DNA from: Eledone cirrhosa
Taxonomy: Eukaryota
DNA length: 64,000 bases
Direction of reading: 5' to 3'
Assembly (NCBI GenBank): GCA_964016885.1
Contig: OZ024750.1
Coordinates: 41,602,001-41,666,000, forward strand
Shown here one piece after another: positions 11,501-24,545 of the stretch (its first letter is position 1; each line of letters opens with the position of its first letter). A program made the translations under genes and the position numbers. The notes under the pieces were generated by a model. It ran no database searches and was not told where the DNA came from. It worked only from the letters and a program-made list of their open reading frames with translations.

Positions 11501-12920
11501 GTGACAGACTCTACACCCCAGTCTAGAGGGTATATCTCAGCTGTGGTAGGGAGTGACAGACTCTACACCCCAGTCTAGGTGGTATATCTCAGCTGTGGTA
11601 GGGAGTGACAGACTCTACACCCCAGTCTAGTTGGTATATCTCAGTTGTGGTAGGGAGTGACAGATTCTACACCACAGTCTAGAGGGTATATCTCAGCTGT
11701 GGTAGGGAGTGGCAGACTCTACACCCCAGTCTAGGTGGTATATCTCAGCTGTGGTAGGGAGTGACAGACTCTACACCCCAGTCTAGGTGGTATATCTCAG
11801 CTGTGGTAGGGAGTGACAGACTCCACACCCCAGTCTAGGTGGTATATCTCAGCTGTGGTAGGGATTGGCAGACTCTACACCCCAGTCTAGAGGGTATATC
11901 TCAGCTGTGGTAAGGAGTGACAGACTCTACATCCCAGTCTAGGTGGTATATCTCAGCTGTGGTAGGGAGTGGCAGACTCTACACCCCAGTCAAGGTGGTA
12001 TATCTCAGCTGTGGTAGGGAGTGACAGACTCTACACCCCAGTCTAGGTGGTATATCTCAGCTGTGGTAGGGAGTGACAGACTCTACACCCCAGTCTAGGT
12101 GGTATATCTCAGCTGTGGTAGGGAGTGACAGACTCTACACCCCAGTCTAGGTGGTATATCTCAGCTGTGGTAGGGAGTGACAGATTCTACACCGCAGTCT
12201 AGGTGGTATATCTCAGCTGTGGTAGGGAGTGACAGACTCTACACCCCAGTCTAGGTGGTATATCTCAGCTGGGAGTGACGACTCTGCACCCCAGTCTAGG
12301 TGGTATATCTCAGCTGTGGCAGGGAGTGACAGACTATACACCCCAGTCTAGGTGTTATATCTCAGCTGTGGTGGGGAGTGACAGACTCTACACCCCAGTC
12401 TAGGTGGTATATCTCATCTGTGGTAGGGAGTGACAGACTCTACACCCCAGTCTAGGTGGTATATCTCAGCTGGGAATGACAGACTCTACACCCCAGTCTA
12501 GGTGGTATATCTCAGCTGTGGCAGGGAGTGACAGACTCTACACCCCAGTCTAGGTGGTATATCTCAGCTGTGGAGGGGACTGACAGACTCTACACCCCAG
12601 TCTAGGTGGTATATCTCAGTTGTGGTAGGGAGTGACAGACTCTACACCCCAGTCGAGGTGGTATATCTCCACTGTGGTAGGGAGTGACAGACTCTACACC
12701 CCAGTCCAGGTGGAATATCTCCACTGTGGTAGGGAGTGACAGACTCTACACCCCAGTCTAGGTGGTATATCTCAGCTGTGGTATGGAGTAACAGACTCTA
12801 CACCCCAGTGTAGGTGGTATATCTCAGCTGTGGTAGGGAGTGGCAGACTATACACCCCAGTCTAGGTGGTATATCTCAGCTGTGGTAGGGAGTGACAGAC
12901 TCTACACCCCAGTCTAGAGG

Positions 12921-15900
12921 GTATATCTCAGCTGTGGTAGGGAGTGACAGACTCTACACTCCAGTCTAGGTGGTATATCTCAGCTGTGGTAGGGAGTGAC
13001 AGACTCTACGCCCCAGTCTAGTTGGTATATCTCAGTTGTGGTAGGGAGTGACAGATTCTACACCACAGTCTAGAGGGTATATCTCAGCTGTGGTAGGGAG
13101 TGGCAGACTCTACACCCCAGTCTAGGTGGTATATCTCAGCTGTGGTATGGAGCGACAGACTCCACACCCCAGTCCAGGTGGTATATCTCAGCTGGGAGTG
13201 ACAGACTCTACACCCCAGTCTAGAGTGTATATCTCAGCTGTGGTAAGGCGTGACAGACTCTACACCCCAGTCTAGGTGGTATATCTCAGCTGTGGTAGGG
13301 AGTGACAGACTCTACACCCCAGCCTAGGTGATATACCTCAGCTGTGGCAGAGAGTGACAGACTCCACACCCCAGTCTAGGTGGTATATCTCAGCTGTGGT
13401 AGGGAGTGACAGACTCTACACCCCAGTCTAGGTGGTATATCTCAGCTGTGGCAGGGAGTGACAGACTCTGCACCCCAGTCTAGGTGGTATATCTCAGCTG
13501 TGGTAGGAAGTGACAGACTCTACACCCCAGTCTAGGTGGTATATCTCAGCTGTGGTAGGGAGTGACAGACTCTACACCCCAGTCTTGGTGGTATATCTCA
13601 GCTGTGGTGGGGAGTGACAGACTCTACACCCCAGTCTAGGTGGTATATCTCAGCTGTGGTAGGGAGAGGTAGACTCTACACCCCAGTCTAGGTGGTATAT
13701 CTCAGCTGTGGTGGGGACTGACAGACTCTAAACCCCAGTCTAGCTGGTATATCTCAGCTGTGGTGGGGAGTGACAGACTCTGCACCCCAGTCTAGGTGGT
13801 ATATCTCAGCTGTGGTGGGGAGTGACAGACTCTACACCCCAGTCTAGGTGGTATATCTCAGCTGTGGTGGGGAGTGACAGACTCTACACCCCAGTCTAGG
13901 TGGTATATCTCAGCTGTGGCAGGGAGTGACAGACTCTACACCCCAGTCTAGGTGGTATATCTCAGCTGTGGTGGGGAGTGACAGACTCTACACCCCAGTC
14001 TAGGTGGTATATCTCAGCTGTGGTAGGGAGTGACAGACTCTACACCCCAGTCTAGGTGGTATATCTCAGCTGGGAGTGACAGACTCTACACTCCAGTCCA
14101 GGTGGTATATCTCAGCTGTGGCAGGGAGTGACAGACTCTACACCCCAGTCTAGGTGGTATATCTCAGCTGGGAGTGACAGACTCTACACTCCAGTCCCGG
14201 TGGTATATCTCAGCTGTGGTAGGGAGTGAGAGACTCTACACCCCAGTCTAGGTGGTATATCTCAGCTGGGAGTGACAGACTCTACACTCCAGTCCAGGTG
14301 GTATATCTCAGCTGTGGTGGGGAGTGACAGACTCTACACCCCAGTCTAGGTGGTATATCTCAGCTGTGGCAGGGAGTGACAGACTCTACACCCCAGTCTA
14401 GGTGGTATATCTCAGCTGTGGTAGGGAGTGGCAGACTCTACACCCCAGTCTAGGTGGTATATCTCAGCTGGGAGTGACAGACTCTACACTCCAGTCTAGG
14501 TGGTATATCTCAGCTGGGAGTGACAGACTCTACACTCCAGTCTAGGTGGTATATCTCAGCTGTGGCAGGGAGTGACAGACTCTACACCCCAGTCTAGGTG
14601 GTATATCTCAGCTGTGGTAGGGAGTGGCAGACTCTACACCCCAGTCTAGGTGGTATATCTCAGCTGGGAGTGACAGACTCTACACCCCAGTCTAGGTGGT
14701 ATATCTCAGCTGGGAGTGACAGACTCTACACTCCAGTCTAGGTGGTATATCTCAGCTGTGGCAGGGAGTGACAGACTCTACACCCCAGTCTAGGTGGTAT
14801 ATCTCAGCTGTGGTAGGGAGTGGCAGACTCTACACCCCAGTCTAGGTGGTATATCTCAGCTGTGGTGGGGAGTGACAGACTCTACACCCCAGTCTAGGTG
14901 GTATATCTCAGCTGTGGTGGGGACTGACAGACTCTACACCCCAGTCCAGGTGGTATATCTCAGCTGTGGTAAGGAGTGACAGACTCTGCACCCCAGTCTA
15001 GGTGGTATATCTCAGCTGTGGTAGGGAGTGACAGACTCTACACCCCAGTCTAGGTGGTATATCTCAGCTGTGGCAGGGAGTGACAGACTCTACACCCCAG
15101 TCTAGGTGGTATATCTCAGCTGGGAGTGACAGACTCTACACCCCAGTCTAGAGGGTATATCTCAGCTGTGGTGGGGAGTGACAGACTCTACACCCCAGTC
15201 TAGGTGGTATGTCTCAGCTGTGGCAGGGAATGACAAACTCTACACCCCAGTCTAGATGGTATATCTCAGCTGTGGTAGGCACTGACAGGCTCTACACCCC
15301 ACTCTAGGTGGTATATCTCAGCTGTGGTAGGTAGTTACACACTCTACACCCCAGTGTAGGTGGTATATCTCAGCTGTGGTAGGGAGTGGCAGACTCTACA
15401 CCACAGTCTAGGTGGTATATCTCAGCTGTGGTAGGGAGTGACAGACTATACACCCCAGTCTAGAGGGTATATCTCAGCTGTGGTAGGGAGTGACAGACTC
15501 TACACTCCAGTCTAGGTGGTATATCTAAGCTGTGGTAGGGAGTGACAGACTCTACACCCCAGTCTAGTTGGTATATCTCAGTTGTGGTAGGGAGTGACAG
15601 ATTCTACACCAAAGTCTAGAGGGTATATTTCAGCTGTGGTAGGGAGTGGCAGACTCTACACCCCAGTCTAGGTGGTATATCTCAGCTGTGGTAGGGAGTG
15701 ACAGACTCTACACCCCAGTCTAGTTGGTATATCTCAGTTGTGGTAGGGAGTGACAGATTCTACACCAAAGTCTAGAGGGTATATCTCAGCTGTGGTAGGG
15801 AGTGGCAGACTCTACACCCCAGTCTAGTTGGTATATCTCAGCTATGGTAGGCACTGACAGGCTCTACACCCCAGTCTAGGTGGTATATCTCAGCTGTGGT

Positions 15901-18900
15901 AGGGAGTACCAGACTCTACACCCCAGTGTAGGTGGTATATCTCAGCTGTGGTAGGGAGTAACAGACTCTACACCCCAGTGTAGGTGGTATATCTCAGCTG
16001 TGGTAGGGAGTGGCAGACTCTACACCCCAGTCTAGGTGGTATATCTCAGCTGGGAGTGACAGACTCTACACTCCAGTCCAGGTGGTATATCTCAGCTGTG
16101 GTAAGGAGTGACAGACTCTACACCCCAGTCTAGGTGGTATATCTCAGCTGGGAGTGACGACCCTTCACCCCAGTCTAGGTGGTATATCACAGCTGTGGCA
16201 GGGAGTGACAGACTATACACCCCAGTCTAGGTGGTATATCTCAGCTGTGGTGGGGAGTGACAGACTCTACACCCCAGTCTAGGTGGTATATCTCAGCTGT
16301 GGCAGGGAGTGACAGACTGTACACCCCAGTCTAGGTGGTATATCTCAGCTGGGAGTGACAGACTCTACACCCCAGTCTAGGTGGTATATCTCAGCTGGGA
16401 GTGACAGACTCTACACCCCAATCTAGGTGGTATATCTCAGCTGTGGCAGGGAGTGACAGACTCTACACCCCAGTCTAGGTGGTATATCTCAGCTGGGAGT
16501 GACAGACTCTACACTCCAGTCTAGAGGGTATATCTCAGCTGTAGTAGGGAGTAACAGACTCTACACCCCAGTGTAGGTGGTATATCTCAGCTGTGGTAGG
16601 GAGTGGCAGACTCTACACCCCAGTCTAGGTGGTATATCTCAGCTGTGGTAGGGAGTGACAGACTCTACACCCCAGTCTAGAGGGTATATCTCAGCTGTGG
16701 TAGGGAGTGACAGACTCTACACCCCAGTCTAGGTGGTATATCTCAGCTGTGGTAGGGAGTGACAGACTCTACACCCCAGTCTAGTTGGTATATCTCAGTT
16801 GTGGTAGGGAGTGACAGATTCTACACCACAGTCTAGAGGGTATATCTCAGCTGTGGTAGGGAGTGGCAGACTCTACACCCCAGTCTAGGTGGTATATCTC
16901 AGCTGTGGTAGGGAGTGACAGACTCTACACCCCAGTCTAGGTGGTATATCTCAGCTGTGGTAGGGAGTGACAGACTCCACACCCCAGTCTAGGTGGTATA
17001 TCTCAGCTGTGGTAGGGATTGGCAGACTCTACACCCCAGTCTAGAGGGTATATCTCAGCTGTGGTAAGGAGTGACAGACTCTACATCCCAGTCTAGGTGG
17101 TATATCTCAGCTGTGGTAGGGAGTGGCAGACTCTACACCCCAGTCAAGGTGGTATATCTCAGCTGTGGTAGGGAGTGACAGACTCTACACTCCAGTCTAG
17201 GTGGTATATCTCAGCTGTGGTAGGGAGTGACAGACTCTACGCCCCAGTCTAGTTGGTATATCTCAGTTGTGGTAGGGAGTGACAGATTCTACACCACAGT
17301 CTAGAGGGTATATCTCAGCTGTGGTAGGGAGTGGCAGACTCTACACCCCAGTCTAGGTGGTATATCTCAGCTGTGGTATGGAGCGACAGACTCCACACCC
17401 CAGTCCAGGTGGTATATCTCAGCTGGGAGTGACAGACTCTACACCCCAGTCTAGAGTGTATATCTCAGCTGTGGTAAGGCGTGACAGACTCTACACCCCA
17501 GTCTAGGTGGTATATCTCAGCTGTGGTAGGGAGTGACAGACTCTACACCCCAGCCTAGGTGATATACCTCAGCTGTGGCAGAGAGTGACAGACTCCACAC
17601 CCCAGTCTAGGTGGTATATCTCAGCTGTGGTAGGGAGTGACAGACTCTACACCCCAGTCTAGGTGGTATATCTCAGCTGTGGCAGGGAGTGACAGACTCT
17701 GCACCCCAGTCTAGGTGGTATATCTCAGCTGTGGTAGGAAGTGACAGACTCTACACCCCAGTCTAGGTGGTATATCTCAGCTGTGGTAGGGAGTGACAGA
17801 CTCTACACCCCAGTCTTGGTGGTATATCTCAGCTGTGGTGGGGAGTGACAGACTCTACACCCCAGTCTAGGTGGTATATCTCAGCTGTGGTAGGGAGAGG
17901 TAGACTCTACACCCCAGTCTAGGTGGTATATCTCAGCTGTGGTGGGGACTGACAGACTCTAAACCCCAGTCTAGCTGGTATATCTCAGCTGTGGTGGGGA
18001 GTGACAGACTCTGCACCCCAGTCTAGGTGGTATATCTCAGCTGTGGTGGGGAGTGACAGACTCTACACCCCAGTCTAGGTGGTATATCTCAGCTGTGGTG
18101 GGGAGTGACAGACTCTACACCCCAGTCTAGGTGGTATATCTCAGCTGTGGCAGGGAGTGACAGACTCTACACCCCAGTCTAGGTGGTATATCTCAGCTGT
18201 GGTGGGGAGTGACAGACTCTACACCCCAGTCTAGGTGGTATATCTCAGCTGTGGTAGGGAGTGACAGACTCTACACCCCAGTCTAGGTGGTATATCTCAG
18301 CTGGGAGTGACAGACTCTACACTCCAGTCCAGGTGGTATATCTCAGCTGTGGCAGGGAGTGACAGACTCTACACCCCAGTCTAGGTGGTATATCTCAGCT
18401 GGGAGTGACAGACTCTACACTCCAGTCCCGGTGGTATATCTCAGCTGTGGTAGGGAGTGAGAGACTCTACACCCCAGTCTAGGTGGTATATCTCAGCTGG
18501 GAGTGACAGACTCTACACTCCAGTCCAGGTGGTATATCTCAGCTGTGGTGGGGAGTGACAGACTCTACACCCCAGTCTAGGTGGTATATCTCAGCTGTGG
18601 CAGGGAGTGACAGACTCTACACCCCAGTCTAGGTGGTATATCTCAGCTGTGGTAGGGAGTGGCAGACTCTACACCCCAGTCTAGGTGGTATATCTCAGCT
18701 GGGAGTGACAGACTCTACACTCCAGTCTAGGTGGTATATCTCAGCTGGGAGTGACAGACTCTACACTCCAGTCTAGGTGGTATATCTCAGCTGTGGCAGG
18801 GAGTGACAGACTCTACACCCCAGTCTAGGTGGTATATCTCAGCTGTGGTAGGGAGTGGCAGACTCTACACCCCAGTCTAGGTGGTATATCTCAGCTGGGA

Positions 18901-21382
18901 GTGACAGACTCTACACCCCAGTCTAGGTGGTATATCTCAGCTGGGAGTGACAGACTCTACACTCCAGTCTAGGTGGTATATCTCAGCTGTGGCAGGGAGT
19001 GACAGACTCTACACCCCAGTCTAGGTGGTATATCTCAGCTGTGGTAGGGAGTGGCAGACTCTACACCCCAGTCTAGGTGGTATATCTCAGCTGTGGTGGG
19101 GAGTGACAGACTCTACACCCCAGTCTAGGTGGTATATCTCAGCTGTGGTGGGGACTGACAGACTCTACACCCCAGTCCAGGTGGTATATCTCAGCTGTGG
19201 TAAGGAGTGACAGACTCTGCACCCCAGTCTAGGTGGTATATCTCAGCTGTGGTAGGGAGTGACAGACTCTACACCCCAGTCTAGGTGGTATATCTCAGCT
19301 GTGGCAGGGAGTGACAGACTCTACACCCCAGTCTAGGTGGTATATCTCAGCTGGGAGTGACAGACTCTACACCCCAGTCTAGAGGGTATATCTCAGCTGT
19401 GGTGGGGAGTGACAGACTCTACACCCCAGTCTAGGTGGTATGTCTCAGCTGTGGCAGGGAATGACAAACTCTACACCCCAGTCTAGATGGTATATCTCAG
19501 CTGTGGTAGGCACTGACAGGCTCTACACCCCACTCTAGGTGGTATATCTCAGCTGTGGTAGGTAGTTACACACTCTACACCCCAGTGTAGGTGGTATATC
19601 TCAGCTGTGGTAGGGAGTGGCAGACTCTACACCACAGTCTAGGTGGTATATCTCAGCTGTGGTAGGGAGTGACAGACTATACACCCCAGTCTAGAGGGTA
19701 TATCTCAGCTGTGGTAGGGAGTGACAGACTCTACACTCCAGTCTAGGTGGTATATCTAAGCTGTGGTAGGGAGTGACAGACTCTACACCCCAGTCTAGTT
19801 GGTATATCTCAGTTGTGGTAGGGAGTGACAGATTCTACACCAAAGTCTAGAGGGTATATTTCAGCTGTGGTAGGGAGTGGCAGACTCTACACCCCAGTCT
19901 AGGTGGTATATCTCAGCTGTGGTAGGGAGTGACAGACTCTACACCCCAGTCTAGTTGGTATATCTCAGTTGTGGTAGGGAGTGACAGATTCTACACCAAA
20001 GTCTAGAGGGTATATCTCAGCTGTGGTAGGGAGTGGCAGACTCTACACCCCAGTCTAGTTGGTATATCTCAGCTATGGTAGGCACTGACAGGCTCTACAC
20101 CCCAGTCTAGGTGGTATATCTCAGCTGTGGTAGGGAGTACCAGACTCTACACCCCAGTGTAGGTGGTATATCTCAGCTGTGGTAGGGAGTAACAGACTCT
20201 ACACCCCAGTGTAGGTGGTATATCTCAGCTGTGGTAGGGAGTGGCAGACTCTACACCCCAGTCTAGGTGGTATATCTCAGCTGGGAGTGACAGACTCTAC
20301 ACTCCAGTCCAGGTGGTATATCTCAGCTGTGGTAAGGAGTGACAGACTCTACACCCCAGTCTAGGTGGTATATCTCAGCTGGGAGTGACGACCCTTCACC
20401 CCAGTCTAGGTGGTATATCACAGCTGTGGCAGGGAGTGACAGACTATACACCCCAGTCTAGGTGGTATATCTCAGCTGTGGTGGGGAGTGACAGACTCTA
20501 CACCCCAGTCTAGGTGGTATATCTCAGCTGTGGCAGGGAGTGACAGACTGTACACCCCAGTCTAGGTGGTATATCTCAGCTGGGAGTGACAGACTCTACA
20601 CCCCAGTCTAGGTGGTATATCTCAGCTGGGAGTGACAGACTCTACACCCCAATCTAGGTGGTATATCTCAGCTGTGGCAGGGAGTGACAGACTCTACACC
20701 CCAGTCTAGGTGGTATATCTCAGCTGGGAGTGACAGACTCTACACTCCAGTCTAGAGGGTATATCTCAGCTGTAGTAGGGAGTAACAGACTCTACACCCC
20801 AGTGTAGGTGGTATATCTCAGCTGTGGTAGGGAGTGGCAGACTCTACACCCCAGTCTAGGTGGTATATCTCAGCTGTGGTAGGGAGTGACAGACTCTACA
20901 CCCCAGTCTAGAGGGTATATCTCAGCTGTGGTAGGGAGTGACAGACTCTACACCCCAGTCTAGGTGGTATATCTCAGCTGTGGTAGGGAGTGACAGACTC
21001 TACACCCCAGTCTAGTTGGTATATCTCAGTTGTGGTAGGGAGTGACAGATTCTACACCACAGTCTAGAGGGTATATCTCAGCTGTGGTAGGGAGTGGCAG
21101 ACTCTACACCCCAGTCTAGGTGGTATATCTCAGCTGTGGTAGGGAGTGACAGACTCTACACCCCAGTCTAGGTGGTATATCTCAGCTGTGGTAGGGAGTG
21201 ACAGACTCCACACCCCAGTCTAGGTGGTATATCTCAGCTGTGGTAGGGATTGGCAGACTCTACACCCCAGTCTAGAGGGTATATCTCAGCTGTGGTAAGG
21301 AGTGACAGACTCTACATCCCAGTCTAGGTGGTATATCTCAGCTGTGGTAGGGAGTGGCAGACTCTACACCCCAGTCAAGGTG
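12921..21382. repeat. Near-perfect tandem duplication of 4231 bp (about 12921-17151 and 17152-21382)
   Basis: TGTGGTATGGAGCGAC at 13141/17372 and ORF starts 14794/19025 are +4231. The private variants CTACGCCC, GTCCCGG, GTGAGAG, GGTAGTTAC, GCTATGG, GTACCAG and ATATCACAG occur in both copies in the same order. Confidence 0.95.
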
Positions 21383-24300
21383 GTATATCTCAGCTGTGGT
21401 AGGGAGTGACAGACTCTACACCCCAGTCTAGGTGGTATATCTCAGCTGTGGTAGGGAGTGACAGACTCTACACCCCAGTCTAGGTGGTATATCTCAGCTG
21501 TGGAAGGGAGTGACAGACTCTACACCCCAGTCTAGGTGGTATATCTCAGCTGTGGTAGGGAGTGACAGATTCTACACCGCAGTCTAGGTGGTATATCTCA
21601 GCTGGGAGTGACGACTCTGCACCCCAGTCTAGGTGGTATATCTCAGCTGTGGCAGGGAGTGACAGACTATACACCCCAGTCTAGGTGTTATATCTCAGCT
21701 GTGGTGGGGAGTGACAGACTCTACACCCCAGTCTAGGTGGTATATCTCATCTGTGGTAGGGAGTGGCAGACTCTACACCCCAGTCTAGGTGGTATATCTC
21801 AGCTGTGGTGGGGACTGACAGACTCTACACCCCAGTCCAGGTGGTATATCTCAGCTGTGGTAAGGAGTGACAGACTCTGCACCCCAGTCTAGGTGGTATA
21901 TCTCAGCTGTGGTAGGGAGTGACAGACTCTACACCCCAGTCTAGGTGGTATATCTCAGCTGTGGCAGGGAGTGACAGACTCTACACCCCAGTCTAGGTGG
22001 TATATCTCAGCTGGGAGTGACAGACTCTACACCCCAGTCTAGAGGGTATATCTCAGCTGTGGTGGGGAGTGAAAGACTCTACACCCCAGTCTAGGTGGTA
22101 TGTCTCAGCTGTGGCAGGGAATGACAAACTCTACACCCAATCTAGATGGTATATCTCAGCTGTGGTAGGCACTGACAGGCTCTACACCCCACTCTAGGTG
22201 GTATATCTCAGCTGTGGTAGGGAGTTACACACTCTACACCCCAGTGTAGGGGTATATCTCAGCTGTGGTAGGGAGTGGCAGACTCTACACCCCAGTCTAG
22301 GTGCTATATCTCAGCTGTGGTAGGGAGTGACAGACTCTACACCCCAGTCTAGAGGGTATATCTCAGCTGTGGTAGGGAGTGACAGACTCTACACCCCAGT
22401 CTAGTTGGTATATCTCAGTTGTGGTAGGGAGTGACAGATTCTACACCAAAGTCTAGAGGGTATATCTCAGCTGTGGTAGGGAGTGGCAGACTCTACACCC
22501 CAGTCTAGGTGGTATATCTCAGCTGTGGTAGGGAGTGACAGACTCTACACCCCAGTCTAGGTGGTATATCTCAGCTGGGAGTGACAGACTCTACACCCCA
22601 GTCTAGGTGGTATATCTCAGCTGGGAGTGACAGACTCTACACCCCAATCTAGGTGGTATATCTCAGCTGTGGCAGGGAGTGACAGACTCTACACCCCAGT
22701 CTAGGTGGTATATCTCAGCTGGGAGTGACAGACTCTACACTCCAGTCTAGAGGGTATATCTCAGCTGTAGTAGGGAGTAACAGACTCTACACCCCAGTGT
22801 AGGTGGTATATCTCAGCTGTGGTAGGGAGTGGCAGACTCTACACCCCAGTCTAGGTGGTATATCTCAGCTGTGGTAGGGAGTGACAGACTCTACACCCCA
22901 GTCTAGAGGGTATATCTCAGCTGTGGTAGGGAGTGACAGACTCTACACCCCAGTCTAGGTGGTATATCTCAGCTGTGGTAGGGAGTGACAGACTCTACAC
23001 CCCAGTCTAGTTGGTATATCTCAGTTGTGGTAGGGAGTGACAGATTCTACACCACAGTCTAGAGGGTATATCTCAGCTGTGGTAGGGAGTGGCAGACTCT
23101 ACACCCCAGTCTAGGTGGTATATCTCAGCTGTGGTAGGGAGTGACAGACTCTACACCCCAGTCTAGGTGGTATATCTCAGCTGTGGTAGGGAGTGACAGA
23201 CTCCACACCCCAGTCTAGGTGGTATATCTCAGCTGTGGTAGGGATTGGCAGACTCTACACCCCAGTCTAGAGGGTATATCTCAGCTGTGGTAAGGAGTGA
23301 CAGACTCTACATCCCAGTCTAGGTGGTATATCTCAGCTGTGGTAGGGAGTGGCAGACTCTACACCCCAGTCAAGGTGGTATATCTCAGCTGTGGTAGGGA
23401 GTGACAGACTCTACACCCCAGTCTAGGTGGTATATCTCAGCTGTGGTAGGGAGTGACAGACTCTACACCCCAGTCTAGGTGGTATATCTCAGCTGTGGAA
23501 GGGAGTGACAGACTCTACACCCCAGTCTAGGTGGTATATCTCAGCTGTGGTAGGGAGTGACAGATTCTACACCGCAGTCTAGGTGGTATATCTCAGCTGG
23601 GAGTGACGACTCTGCACCCCAGTCTAGGTGGTATATCTCAGCTGTGGCAGGGAGTGACAGACTATACACCCCAGTCTAGGTGTTATATCTCAGCTGTGGT
23701 GGGGAGTGACAGACTCTACACCCCAGTCTAGGTGGTATATCTCATCTGTGGTAGGGAGTGGCAGACTCTACACCCCAGTCTAGGTGGTATATCTCAGCTG
23801 TGGTGGGGACTGACAGACTCTACACCCCAGTCCAGGTGGTATATCTCAGCTGTGGTAAGGAGTGACAGACTCTGCACCCCAGTCTAGGTGGTATATCTCA
23901 GCTGTGGTAGGGAGTGACAGACTCTACACCCCAGTCTAGGTGGTATATCTCAGCTGTGGCAGGGAGTGACAGACTCTACACCCCAGTCTAGGTGGTATAT
24001 CTCAGCTGGGAGTGACAGACTCTACACCCCAGTCTAGAGGGTATATCTCAGCTGTGGTGGGGAGTGAAAGACTCTACACCCCAGTCTAGGTGGTATGTCT
24101 CAGCTGTGGCAGGGAATGACAAACTCTACACCCCAGTCTAGATGGTATATCTCAGCTGTGGTAGGCACTGACAGGCTCTACACCCCACTCTAGGTGGTAT
24201 ATCTCAGCTGTGGTAGGGAGTTACACACTCTACACCCCAGTGTAGGGGTATATCTCAGCTGTGGTAGGGAGTGGCAGACTCTACACCCCAGTCTAGGTGC

Positions 24301-24545
24301 TATATCTCAGCTGTGGTAGGGAGTGACAGACTCTACACCCCAGTCTAGAGGGTATATCTCAGCTGTGGTAGGGAGTGACAGACTCTACACCCCAGTCTAG
24401 TTGGTATATCTCAGTTGTGGTAGGGAGTGACAGATTCTACACCAAAGTCTAGAGGGTATATCTCAGCTGTGGTAGGGAGTGGCAGACTCTACACCCCAGT
24501 CTAGGTGGTATATCTCAGCTGTGGTAGGGAGTGACAGACTCTACA
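20555..24545. repeat. Tandem duplication of about 1995 bp, with a partial third copy at about 24900-25470
   Basis: AATCTAGG at 20651/22646 (and 24996), TGGAAGGG at 21501/23496 and GAAAG at 22071/24066. The shared 1-bp-deletion variant GTGTAGGGGTAT is at 22244/24240 (offset 1996 after an indel near 22138). Confidence 0.92.
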
